DNA of 64,000 bases from assembly GCF_009914755.1 (NCBI RefSeq), contig NC_060933.1. The stretch is one strand, 5' to 3'. Source of the stretch: the human T2T-CHM13v2.0 reference genome, Homo sapiens. The notes under the pieces are model-generated. The model saw only the letters and a list, made by a program, of their open reading frames with translations, was not told the DNA's origin and did not search any database. This document shows positions 42,951-56,950 of this stretch, piece after piece. The number at the start of each line of letters is the position of its first letter. Position 1 is the first letter of the stretch. The position numbers and the translations under genes were made by a program.

Positions 42951-45900
42951 AATCCATTCCATTACATTCCATTCCATTCGATTCCTTTCGATTGCACTCG
43001 GGTTGATTCCATTCCATTGCATTCCATTCCATTCCATTCCATTCCATTCCATTCCATTCCGTTCCATTCCATTCCATTACATTCGGATTGATTCTATTCA
43101 ATTGCCTTACACTCCATTACATTCCATTCCATTCGGGTAGTTTCCATTCCATTCCATTCCTTTCCTCTCCATTCCATTGAACTCGGGTTGATTCCATTCC
43201 ATTGCATTCCATTCCATTCCATTCCATTCCATTCCGTTCCATTCCATTCCATTACATTCGGATTGATTCTATTCAACTCCCTTAGTCTCCTTTACATTCC
43301 ATTCAATTCCGGTTGTTCCATTCCATTCCATTCCATTCCACTCCATTCCATTGCACTCGGGTTTATTCCATTCCATTCCATTCCATTCCATTCCATTCCA
43401 TTCCGGAAGATTCCATTCCATTGCATTCCATTCCATTCCATTCCATTCCATTCCATTCCATTCCATTCCGGAAGATTCCATTCCATTGCATTCCATTCCA
43501 TTCCATTTCCCTGCACTCTCGTTGATTCCATTCCATTCCATTCCATTCCATTCCATTCCATTCCTTTCCGTTCCATTCCATTCCATTCCATTCCTTTCCA
43601 ATCCATTCCATTCCGTTCCGTTCCGTTCCATTCCATTCCATTCCATTCTATTCGGGTTAATTCCATTCCATTCCATTCCATTGCAATCGTGTTGATTCCA
43701 TTCCATTCCATTCCATTCCATTCCATTCCATTGCACTCCATTACGGATGATTCCATTCCATTGCATTCCATTCCATTCCATTCCTCTGTACCCGGGTTGA
43801 TTCCATTCCATTCCATTCCAATCCATGCCATTCCACTCGTGTTGATTCCATTCTTTCCATTCCATTCAAGTTGAATCCATTCCATTGCATTCCATTCCAT
43901 TCCATTCACCTGCAGTCGGGTTGTTTCCATTCCATTCCATTCCATTCCATTCCATTCCATTCCGTTCCGTTCCGTTCCATTCCATTCCATTGCATTCTAT
44001 TCCGGTTAATTCCATTCCATTCCATTCCATTCCATTCCATTCCATTCCATTCCAATCGAGTTGATTCCATTCCATTCCATTCCATTCCATTCCACTCCAT
44101 TCCAGTCCTTCCATTCCATTCCACTCGGGTTGATTCCAATGTATTCCTTTGCATTCCATTCCATTCCATTGCAATCGAGTTGATTCCATTGCGTTGCATT
44201 CCATTCCATTCCATTCCATTCCGGATGATTCCATTCCATTGCATTCCATTCCATTCCATTCCCCTGCACTCGGGTTGATTCCATTCCATTCCACTCCATT
44301 CCGTTCCATTCCATTCCATTGCATTGTATTCGGGTTAATTCCATTCCATTCCACTCCATTCGATTCCATTCCATTAAAATCGAGTTGATTCCATTCCATT
44401 GCATTCCATTCCAGTCCTTTCCATTCCATTCCTCTCGGGTTGATTCCATTCTATTAGTTTCCATTCCATTCCATTCCCTTCCATTCCACTCTGGTTGATT
44501 CCATTCCTTTCCATTCCACTCGAATACATTCCCTCCTATTCCACTCGGAACGATTCCATTCCATTCCATTCCATTCCATTCCATTCCATTCCATTCCATT
44601 CCGTTCCATTCCATTCTATTCCGTATCATTCCATTCCATTCCATTCCATTCCATTCCATTCCATTGTACTCGGGTTGATTCAATTCCATTGCATTCCATT
44701 CCATTCCATTCCATTCCATTCCGTTGCATTCCATTCCTTAACATTCGGATTGATTCTTTTCAACTCCCTTACTCTCCATTACATTCCATTCCATTCGGGT
44801 TGTTCCATTCCATTCCATTTCATTCCACTCCATTCCATTGCACTCGGGTTGATTCCATTCCATTCCATTCCATTCCATTCCATTCCGAATGATTCCATTC
44901 CATTGCATTCCGTTCCATTACATTCCCCTGCACTCGCGTTGATTCCATTCCATTCCATTCAATTCCATTCCATTAAAATTCGTTCCATTCCATTCTATTC
45001 CGTACCATTCCATTCAATTCCATACCATTCCATTCCATTCCATTGCATTCCATTCCGTTCCATTCCGTTCCATTCCATTCCATTCCATTCTATTCGAATT
45101 AATTCCATTCCATTCCATTCCATTCCATTCTATTCCATTCCATTGCAATCGAGTTGAATCCATTGCATTTCATTCCATTCCATTCCATTCCATTCCATTC
45201 CGGAAGATTCCATTCCATTGCATTCCATTCCATTCCATTCCCCTGCACTCGCGTTGATTCCATTCCATTCCATTCCATTCCGTTCCGTTCCATTCCATTC
45301 CGTTCCATTCCATTCCATTCCATTCCTTTCCGTTCCGTTCCATTCCATTCCATTCCATTCTATTCGGGTTAATTCCATTCCATTCCATTCGATTGCAATC
45401 GAGTTGATTCCATTCCATTCCATTCCTTTCCATTCCATTACGGATGATTCCATTCCATTGCATTCCATTCCATTCCATTCCCCTGTACTCGGGTTGATTC
45501 CATTCCATTCCATTCCAATCCATGCCATTCCACTCGTGTTGATTCCATTCTTTCCATTCCATTCAAGTTGAATCCATTCCATTACATTCCATTCCATTCG
45601 ATTCCGTTCGATTGTACTCGGGTTGATTCCATTCCATTGCATTCCATTCCATTCCATTCCATTCCATTCCATTCCATTCCGTTCCATTCCATTCCATTAC
45701 ATTCGGATTGATTCTATTCAATTGCCTTACACTCCATTACATTCCATTCCATTCGGGTAGTTTCCATTCCATTCCATTCCTTTCCTCTCCATTCCATTGA
45801 ACTCGGGTTGATTCCATTCCATTGCATTCCATTCCATTCCATTCCATTCCATTCCGTTCCATTCCATTCCATTACATTCGGATTGATTCTATTCAACTCC

Positions 45901-48900
45901 CTTAGTCTCCTTTACATTCCATTCAATTCCGGTTGTTCCATTCCATTCCATTCCATTCCACTCCATTCCATTGCACTCGGGTTTATTCCATTCCATTCCA
46001 TTCCATTCCATTCCATTCCTTTCCGTTCCATTCCATTCCATTCCATTCCTTTCCAATCCATTCCATTCCGTTCCGTTCCGTTCCATTCCATTCCATTCCA
46101 TTCTATTCGGGTTAATTCCATTCCATTCCATTCCATTGCAATCGAGTTGATTCCATTCCATTCCATTCCATTCCATTCCATTCCATTGCACTCCATTACG
46201 GATGATTCCATTCCATTGCATTCCATTCCATTCCATTCCTCTGTACCCGGGTTGATTCCATTCCATTCCATTCCAATCCATGCCATTCCACTCGTGTTGA
46301 TTCCATTCTTTCCATTCCATTCAAGTTGAATCCATTCCATTGCATTCCATTCCATTCCATTCATCTGCAGTCGGGTTGTTTCCATTCCATTCCATTCCAT
46401 TCCATTCCATTCCATTCCGTTCCGTTCCGTTCCATTCCATTCCATTGCATTCTATTCCGGTTAATTCCATTCCATTCCGTTCCATTCCATTCCATTCCAT
46501 TCCATTCCAATCGAGTTGATTCCATTCCATTCCATTCCATTCCATTCCACTCCATTCCAGTCCTTCCATTCCTTTCCACTCGGGTTGATTCCAATGTATT
46601 CCTTTGCATTCCATTCCATTCCATTGCAATCGAGTTGATTCCATTGCGTTGCATTCCATTCCATTCCATTCCATTCCGGATGATTCCATTCCATTGCATT
46701 CCATTCCATTCCATTCCCCTGCACTCGGGTTGATTCCATTCCATTCCACTCCATTCCGTTCCATTCCATTCCATTGCATTGTATTCGGGTTAATTCCATT
46801 CCATTCCACTCCATTCGATTCCATTCCATTAAAATCGAGTTGATTCCATTCCATTGCATTCCATTCCAGTCCTTTCCATTCCATTCCTCTCGGGTTGATT
46901 CCATTCTATTAGTTTCCATTCCATTCCATTCCCTTCCATTCCACTCTGGTTGATTCCATTCCTTTCCATTCCACTCGAATACATTCCCTCCTATTCCACT
47001 CGGAACGATTCCATTCCATTCCATTCCATTCCATTCCATTCCATTCCATTCCGTTCCATTCCATTCTATTCCGTATCATTCCATTCCATTCCATTCCATT
47101 CCATTCCATTGTACTCGGGTTGATTCAATTCCATTGCATTCCATTCCATTCCATTCCATTCCATTCCGTTGCATTCCATTCCTTAACATTCGGATTGATT
47201 CTTTTCAACTCCCTTACTCTCCATTACATTCCATTCCATTCGGGTTGTTCCATTCCATTCCATTTCATTCCACTCCATTCCATTGCACTCGGGTTGATTC
47301 CATTCCATTCCATTCCATTCCATTCCATTCCGAATGATTCCATTCCATTGCATTCCGTTCCATTACACTCCCCTGCACTCGCTTTGATTCCATTCCATTC
47401 CATTCAATTCCATTCCATTAAAATTCGTTCCATTCCATTCTATTCCGTACCATTCCATTCAATTCCATACCATTCCATTCCATTCCATTGCATTCCATTC
47501 CGTTCCATTCCGTTCCATTCCATTCCATTCCATTCTATTCGAATTAATTCCATTCCATTCCATTCCATTCCATTCTATTCCATTCCACTGCAATCGAGTT
47601 GAATCCATTGCATTTCATTCCATTCCATTCCATTCCATTCCATTCCGGAAGATTCCATTCCATTGCATTCCATTCCATTCCATTCCCCTGCACTCGCGTT
47701 GATTCCATTCCATTCCATTCCATTCCGTTCCGTTCCATTCCATTCCGTTCCATTCCATTCCATTCCATTCCTTTCCGTTCCGTTCCATTCCATTCCATTC
47801 CATTCTATTCGGGTTAATTCCATTCCATTCCATTCGATTGCAATCGAGTTGATTCCATTCCATTCCATTCCTTTCCATTCCATTACGGATGATTCCATTC
47901 CATTGCATTCCATTCCATTCCATTCCCCTGTACTCGGGTTGATTCCATTCCATTCCATTCCAATCCATGCCATTCCACTCGTGTTGATTCCATTCTTTCC
48001 ATTCCATTCAAGTTGAATCCATTCCATTACATTCCATTCCATTCGATTCCGTTCGATTGCACTCGGGTTGATTCCATTCCATTGCATTCCATTCCATTCC
48101 ATTCCATTCCATTCCATTCCATTCCGTTCCATTCCATTCCATTACATTCGGATTGATTCTATTCAATTGCCTTACACTCCATTACATTCCATTCCATTCG
48201 GGTAGTTTCCATTCCATTCCATTCCTTTCCTCTCCATTCCATTGAACTCGGGTTGATTCCATTCCATTGCATTCCATTCCATTCCATTCCATTCCATTCC
48301 GTTCCATTCCATTCCATTACATTCGGATTGATTCTATTCAACTCCCTTAGTCTCCTTTACATTCCATTCAATTCCGGTTGTTCCATTCCATTCCATTCCA
48401 TTCCACTCCATTCCATTGCACTCGGGTTTATTCCATTCCATTCCATTCCATTCCATTCCATTCCATTCCTTTCCGTTCCATTCCATTCCATTCCATTCCT
48501 TTCCAATCGATTCCATTCCGTTCCGTTCCGTTCCATTCCATTCCATTCCATTCTATTCGGGTTAATTCCATTCCATTCCATTCCATTGCAATCGAGTTGA
48601 TTCCATTCCATTCCATTCCATTCCATTCCATTCCATTGCACTCCATTACGGATGATTCCATTCCATTGCATTCCATTCCATTCCATTCCTCTGTACCCGG
48701 GTTGATTCCATTCCATTCCATTCCAATCCATGCCATTCCACTCGTGTTGATTCCATTCTTTCCATTCCATTCAAGTTGAATCCATTCCATTGCATTCCAT
48801 TCCATTCCATTCATCTGCAGTCGGGTTGTTTCCATTCCATTCCATTCCATTCCATTCCATTCCATTCCGTTCCGTTCCGTTCCATTCCATTCCATTGCAT

Positions 48901-51900
48901 TCTATTCCGGTTAATTCCATTCCATTCCATTCCATTCCATTCCATTCCATTCCATTCCAATCGAGTTGATTCCATTCCATTCCATTCCATTCCATTCCAC
49001 TCCATTCCAGTCCTTCCATTCCATTCCACTCGGGTTGATTCCAATGTATTCCTTTGCATTCCATTCCATTCCATTGCAATCGAGTTGATTCCATTGCGTT
49101 GCATTCCATTCCATTCCATTCCATTCCGGATGATTCCATTCCATTGCATTCCATTCCATTCCATTCCCCTGCACTCGGGTTGATTCCATTCCATTCCACT
49201 CCATTCCGTTCCATTCCATTCCATTGCATTGTATTCGGGTTAATTCCATTCCATTCCACTCCATTCGATTCCATTCCATTAAAATCGAGTTGATTCCATT
49301 CCATTGCATTCCATTCCAGTCCTTTCCATTCCATTCCTCTCGGGTTGATTCCATTCTATTAGTTTCCATTCCATTCCATTCCCTTCCATTCCACTCTGGT
49401 TGATTCCATTCCTTTCCATTCCACTCGAATACATTCCCTCCTATTCCACTCGGAACGATTCCATTCCATTCCATTCCATTCCATTCCATTCCATTCCATT
49501 CCGTTCCATTCCGTTCCATTCCATTCTATTCCGTATCATTCCATTCCATTCCATTCCATTCCATTCCATTGTACTCGGGTTGATTCAATTCCATTGCATT
49601 CCATTCCATTCCATTCCATTCCATTCCGTTGCATTCCATTCCTTAACATTCGGATTGATTCTTTTCAACTCCCTTACTCTCCATTACATTCCATTCCATT
49701 CGGGTTGTTCCATTCCATTCCATTTCATTCCACTCCATTCCATTGCACTCGGGTTGATTCCATTCCATTCCATTCCATTCCATTCCATTCCGAATGATTC
49801 CATTCCATTGCATTCCGTTCCATTACACTCCCCTGCACTCGCGTTGATTCCATTCCATTCCATTCAATTCCATTCCATTAAAATTCGTTCCATTCCATTC
49901 TATTCCGTACCATTCCATTCAATTCCATACCATTCCATTCCATTCCATTGCATTCCATTCCGTTCCATTCCGTTCCATTCCATTCCATTCCATTCTATTC
50001 GAATTAATTCCATTCCATTCCATTCCATTCCATTCTATTCCATTCCACTGCAATCGAGTTGAATCCATTGCATTTCATTCCATTCCATTCCATTCCATTC
50101 CATTCCGGAAGATTCCATTCCATTGCATTCCATTCCATTCCATTCCCCTGCACTCGCGTTGATTCCATTCCATTCCATTCCATTCCGTTCCGTTCCATTC
50201 CATTCCGTTCCATTCCATTCCATTCCATTCCTTTCCGTTCCATTCCATTCCATACCATTCTATTCGGGTTAATTCCATTCCATTCCATTCGATTGCAATC
50301 GAGTTGATTCCATTCCATTCCATTCCTTTCCATTCCATTACGGATGATTCCATTCCATTGCATTCCATTCCATTCCATTCCCCTGTACTCGGGTTGATTC
50401 CATTCCATTCCATTCCAATCCATGCCATTCCACTCGTGTTGATTCCATTCTTTCCATTCCATTCAAGTTGAATCCATTCCATTACATTCCATTCCATTCG
50501 ATTCCGTTCGATTGCACTCGGGTTGATTCCATTCCATTGCATTCCATTCCATTCCATTCCATTCCATTCCATTCCATTCCGTTCCATTCCATTCCATTAC
50601 ATTCGGATTGATTCTATTCAATTGCCTTACACTCCATTACATTCCATTCCATTCGGGTAGTTTCCATTCCATTCCATTCCTTTCCTCTCCATTCCATTGA
50701 ACTCGGGTTGATTCCATTCCATTGCATTCCATTCCATTCCATTCCATTCCATTCCGTTCCATTCCATTCCATTACATTCGGATTGATTCTATTCAACTCC
50801 CTTAGTCTCCTTCACATTCCATTCAATTCCGGTTGTTCCATTCCATTCCATTCCATTCCACTCCATTCCATTGCACTCGGGTTTATTCCATTCCATTCCA
50901 TTCCATTCCATTCCATTCCATTCCATTCCGGAAGATTCCATTCCATTGCATTCCATTCCATTCCATTCCATTCCATTCCATTCCGGAAGATTCCATTCCA
51001 TTGCATTCCATTCCATTCCATTTCCCTGCACTCTCGTTGATTCCATTCCATTCCATTCCATTCCATTCCATTCCATTCCATTCCTTTCCGTTCCATTCCA
51101 TTCCATTCCATTCCTTTCCAATCCATTCCATTCCGTTCCGTTCCGTTCCATTCCATTCCATTCCATTCTATTCGGGTTAATTCCATTCCATTCCATTCCA
51201 TTGCAATCGAGTTGATTCCATTCCATTCCATTCCATTCCATTCCATTCCATTGCACTCCATTACGGATGATTCCATTCCATTGCATTCCATTCCATTCCA
51301 TTCCTCTGTACCCGGGTTGATTCCATTCCATTCCATTCCAATCCATGCCATTCCACTCGTGTTGATTCCATTCTTTCCATTCCATTCAAGTTGAATCCAT
51401 TCCATTGCATTCCATTCCATTCCATTCACCTGCAGTCGGGTTGTTTCCATTCCATTCCATTCCATTCCATTCCATTCCATTCCGTTCCGTTCCGTTCCAT
51501 TCCATTCCATTGCATTCTATTCCGGTTAATTCCATTCCATTCCATTCCATTCCATTCCATTCCATTCCATTCCAATCGAGTTGATTCCATTCCATTCCAT
51601 TCCATTCCATTCCACTCCATTCCAGTCCTTCCATTCCATTCCACTCGGTTTGATTCCAATGTATTCCTTTGCATTCCATTCCATTCCATTGCAATCGAGT
51701 TGATTCCATTGCGTTGCATTCCATTCCATTCCATTCCATTCCGGATGATTCCATTCCATTGCATTCCATTCCATTCCATTCCCCTGCACTCGGGTTGATT
51801 CCATTCCATTCCACTCCATTCCGTTCCATTCCATTCCATTGCATTGTATTCGGGTTAATTCCATTCCATTCCACTCCATTCGATTCCATTCCATTAAAAT

Positions 51901-53040
51901 CGAGTTGATTCCATTCCATTGCATTCCATTCCAGTCCTTTCCATTCCATTCCTCTCGGGTTGATTCCATTCTATTAGTTTCCATTCCATTCCATTCCCTT
52001 CCATTCCACTCTGGTTGATTCCATTCCTTTCCATTCCACTCGAATACATTCCCTCCTATTCCACTCGGAACGATTCCATTCCATTCCATTCCATTCCATT
52101 CCATTCCATTCCATTCCATTCCATTCCATTCCGTTCTATTCCATTCTATTCCGTATCATTCCATTCCATTCCATTCCATTCCATTCCATTCCATTGTACT
52201 CGGGTTGATTCAATTCCATTGCATTCCATTCCATTCCATTCCATTCCATTCCGTTGCATTCCATTCCTTTACATTCGGATTGATTCTTTTCAACTCCCTT
52301 ACTCTCCATTACATTCCATTCCATTCGGGTTGTTCCATTCCATTCCATTTCATTCCACTCCATTCCATTGCACTCGGGTTGATTCCATTCCATTCCATTC
52401 CATTCCATTCCATTCCGAATGATTCCATTCCATTGCATTCCGTTCCATTACATTCCCCTGCACTCGCGTTGATTCCATTCCATTCCATTCAATTCCATTC
52501 CATTAAAATTCGTTCCATTCCATTCTATTCCGTACCATTCCATTCAATTCCATACCATTCCATTCCATTCCATTGCATTCCATTCCGTTCCATTCCGTTC
52601 CATTCCATTCCATTCCATTCTATTCGAATTAATTCCATTCCATTCCATTCCATTCCATTCTATTCCATTCCATTGCAATCGAGTTGAATCCATTGCATTT
52701 CATTCCATTCCATTCCATTCCATTCCATTCCGGAAGATTCCATTCCATTGCATTCCATTCCATTCCATTCCCCTGCACTCGCGTTGATTCCATTCCATTC
52801 CATTCCATTCCGTTCCGTTCCATTCCATTCCGTTCCATTCCATTCCATTCCATTCCTTTCCGTTCCGTTCCATTCCATTCCATTCCATTCTATTCGGGTT
52901 AATTCCATTCCATTCCATTCGATTGCAATCGAGTTGATTCCATTCCATTCCATTCCATTCCATTCCATTCCATTCCTTTCCATTCCATTACGGATGATTC
53001 CATTCCATTGCATTCCATTCCATTCCATTCCCCTGTACTC
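42951..53040 (+). repeat. Four-copy higher-order repeat; units start ~42951, 45571, 48016, 50471 (2620, 2445, 2455, ~2.6 kb)
   Basis: Identical 60-aa ORFs at 43094/45714/48159/50614 and near-identical 187-aa ORFs at 43866/46321/48771/51386. Private words once per unit: ATTGCCTTAC, ATTGAACTCGGG, CTGTACCCGGG, TTAAAATCGAG, TTCGAATTAATT. Confidence 0.94.
43400..43479. promoter_or_regulatory. Closely spaced HSE doublet (also 50925-50994)
   Basis: ATTCCGGAAGATTCC at 43400 and 43465, and at 50925 and 50980, inside the ~165-bp segment present only in the long HOR units. Confidence 0.5.
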
Positions 53041-53869
53041 GGGTTGAATCCATTCCATTCCATTCCAAGCCATGTCATTCCACTCGTGTTGATTCCATTC
53101 TTTCCATTCCATTCAAGTTGAATCCATTCCATTGCATTCCATTCCATTCGATTCCATTCGATTGCACTCGGGTTGATTCCATTCCATTGCATTCCATTCC
53201 ATTCCATTCCATTCCATTCCGTTCCATTCCATTCCATTTCATTCCATTCCATTCCCCTGCACTCGCGTTGATTCCATTCCATTCCATTCCATTCCATTCC
53301 ATTCCATTCCATTCCATTCCATTCCATTCCTTTCCATTCCAGTCTTTTCCATTCCATTCCTCTCGGGTTGATTCCATTCTATTAGTTTCCATTCCTTTCC
53401 ATTCCCTTCCATTCCACTCTGGTTGATTCCATTCCTTTCCATTCCACTCGAATACATTCCCTCCTATTCTACTCGGAACGATTCCATTCCATTCCATTCC
53501 ATTCCATTCCATTCCATTCCATTCCATTTCATTCCATTCCATTCTATTCCGTATCATTCCATTCCATTCCATTCCATCCCATTCCATTCCATTCCATTCC
53601 ATTCCACTCGTGTTGATTCCATTCCTTTCCATTCCATTGGGTTTGAAGGCATTCCATTCCATTCAATTCCATTCCATTCCATTGTACTCGGGTTGATTCC
53701 ATTCCATTGCATTGCATTGAATTCCTTTCCAATCCATTCCATTCCGTTGCATTCCATTCCATTACATTCGGATTGATTCTATTCAACTCCCTTACTCTCC
53801 ATTACATTCCATTCCATTCGGGTTGTTCCATTCCATTCCATTCCATTCCACTCCATTCCATTGCACTCG

Positions 53870-54100
53870 GGTTGATTCCATTCCATTGCATTCCATTCCA
53901 TTCCATTCCATTCCATTCCATTCCATTCCATTCCGTTCCATTGTACTCGGGTTGATTCCATTCCATTGCATTCCATTGCATTCCATTCCATTCCATTCCA
54001 TTCCATTCCATTCCATTCCATTCCATTCCATTCCGTTCCATTGTACTCGGGTTGATTCCATTCCATTGCATTCCATTCCATTCCATTCCATTCCATTCCA
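53870..54100 (+). repeat. ~100-bp tandem duplication
   Basis: TTCCGTTCCATTGTACTCGGGTTGATTCCATTCCATTGCA at 53931 and 54031. Confidence 0.75.
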
Positions 54101-56789
54101 TTCCATTCTGTTCCATTGCATTACATTCGGATTGATTCTATTCAACTCCCTTACTCTCCATTACATTCCATTCCATTCGGGTTGTTCCATTCCATTCCAT
54201 TCCATTCCACTCCATTCCATTGTGCTCGGGTTGATTCCATTCCATTCCATTCCATTCCATTCCATTCCATTCCATTCCATTCCGGATGATTCCATTCCAT
54301 TGCATTCCGTTCCGTTACGTTCCCCTGCACTCGGATTGATTCCATTCCATTCCATTCCATTCGATTCCATTCCATTCCAATTCTTTCCATTCCATTCTAT
54401 TCCGTACCATTCCATTCCATTCCATACAATTCCATTCCATTCCATTCCACTCTGTTCCGTTCCGTTCCGTTCTCTTCCGTTCCATTCCATTCCATTCCAT
54501 TCTATTCGGTTTAATTCCATTCCATTCCATTCCATTCCATTCTATTCCATTCCATTGCAATCGAGTTGAATCCGTTGCATTCCATTCCATTCCATTCCAT
54601 TCCATTCCATTCCATTCCACTCCGGAAAATTCCATTCCATTGCATTCCATTCCATTCCATTCTATTCCATTGTACTCGGGTTGATTCCATTCCATTTCAT
54701 TCCATTCCATTCCATTCCATTCCATTCCATTCCATTCCGTTCCTTTCTATTCCATTACATTCGGATTGATTCTTTTCAACTCCCTTACTCTCCATTACAT
54801 TCCATTCCATTCGGGTTGTTCCATTCCATTCCATTCCATTCCACTCCATTCCATTGCACTCCGGTTGATTCCATTCCATTCCATTCCATTCCATTCCATT
54901 CCATTCCATTCCATTCTGGAAGATTCCATTCCATTGCATTCCATTCCATTCCATTCCCCTGCACTCGCGTTGATTCCATTCCATTCCATTCTATTCCATT
55001 CCATTCCCTTCCTTTCCGTTCCATTCCATTCCATTCCATTCCATTCCATTCCATTCCGTTCCGTTCCATTCCATTCCATTCCATTCTATTCGGGTTAATT
55101 CCATTCCATTCCATTCGATTGCAATCGAGTTGATTCCGTTCCATTCCATTCCATTCCATTCCATTCCATTCCATTCCTTTCCATTCCATTACGGATGATT
55201 CCATTCCATTGCATTCCATTCCATTCCATTCCATTCCCCTGTACTCGGGTTGATTCCATTCCATTCCATTCCAATCCATGCCATTCCACTGGTGTTGATT
55301 CCATTCTTTCCATTCCATTCAAGTTGAATCCTTTCCATTGCATTCCATTCCATTCGATTCCATTCGATTGCACTCGGGTTGATTCAATTCCATTGCATTC
55401 CATTCCATTCAATTCCATTCCATTCCATTCCGTTCCATTCCATTTCATTACATTCAGATTGATTCTATTCAATTCCCTTACACTCCATTATATTCCAATC
55501 CATTCTGGTTGTCTCCATTCCATTCCATTCCATTTCACTCCATTCCATTGCACTCAGGTTGATTCCATTCCATTCCATTCCATTGCATTCCATTCCATTC
55601 CATTCCGTTGCATTCCATTCCATTACATTCGGATTGATTCTATTCAACTCCCTTACTCTCCATTACATTCCATTCCATTCGGGTTGTTCCATTCCATTCC
55701 ATTCCATTCCATTCCACTCCATTCCATTGCACTCGGGTTGATTCCATTCCATTCCATTCCATTCCATTCCGGATGATTCCATTCCATTGCATTCCGTTCC
55801 ATTACATTTCCCTGCACTCGGGTTGATTCCATTCCATTCCTTTCCATTCCATTCGATTCCATTCCATTCCCCTGCACTCGCGTTGATTCCATTCCATTCC
55901 ATTCCATTCCATTCCATTCCATTCCATTCCATTCTATTCCTTTCCGTTCCATTCCATTCCATTACATTCCATTCCGTTCCATTCCATTCCATTGCATTCC
56001 ATTCTATTCGGGTTAATTCCATTCCATTCCATTCGATTGCAATCGAGTTGATTCCTTTCCATTCCATTCCATTCCATTCGATTCCAGTCCTTTCCATTCC
56101 TTTCCATTGCATTACTGATGATTCCATTCCATTGCATTCCATTCCATTCCATTCCCCTGTACTCGGGTTGATTCCGTTCCATTCCATTCCAATCCATGCC
56201 ATTCCACTCGTGTTGATTCCATTCTTTCCTTTCCATTGAAGTTGAATCCATTCCATTGCATTCCATTCCATTCGATTCCATTCGATTGCACTCGGGTTGA
56301 TTCCATTCCATTGCATTCCATTCCATTCCATTCCATTCCATTCCATTCCATTCCGTTCCATTCCATTTCATTACATTCAGATTGATTCTATTCAATTCCC
56401 TTACACTCCATTATATTCCAATCCATTCTGGTTGTTTCCATTCCATTCCATTCCATTTCACTCCATTCCATTGCACTCGGGTTGATTCCATTCCATTCCA
56501 TTCCATTGCATTCCATTCCATTCCATTGCATTCCATTCCATTCCATTCCGGATGATTCCATTCCATTGCATTCCATTCCATTCCATTCCCCTGCACTCGT
56601 GTTGATTCCATTCCATTCCATTCCATTACATTCCGTTCCATTCCATTCCATTCCGTTCGGATTGATTCTATTCAATTCCCTTACACTCCATTATATTCCA
56701 TTCCATTCGGGTAGTTTACATTCCATTCCATTCCATTCCTCTCCATTCCATTGCACTCGGGTTGATTCCATTCCATTCCATTCCATTCC

Positions 56790-56950
56790 ATTCCATTCCA
56801 TTACATTACATTACATTCCGATCCATTGTACTCGGGTTGATTCCATTCCATTGCATTCCATTCCATTCCATTCCATTACATTACATTACATTACATTCCG
56901 TTCCATTGTACTCGGGTTGATTCCATTCCATTGCATTCCATTCCATTCCA
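56790..56950 (+). repeat. 80-bp tandem duplication of the CATTA-rich module
   Basis: TTACATTACATTACATTCCG(A/T)TCCATTGTACTCGGG at 56801 and 56881. Confidence 0.82.
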
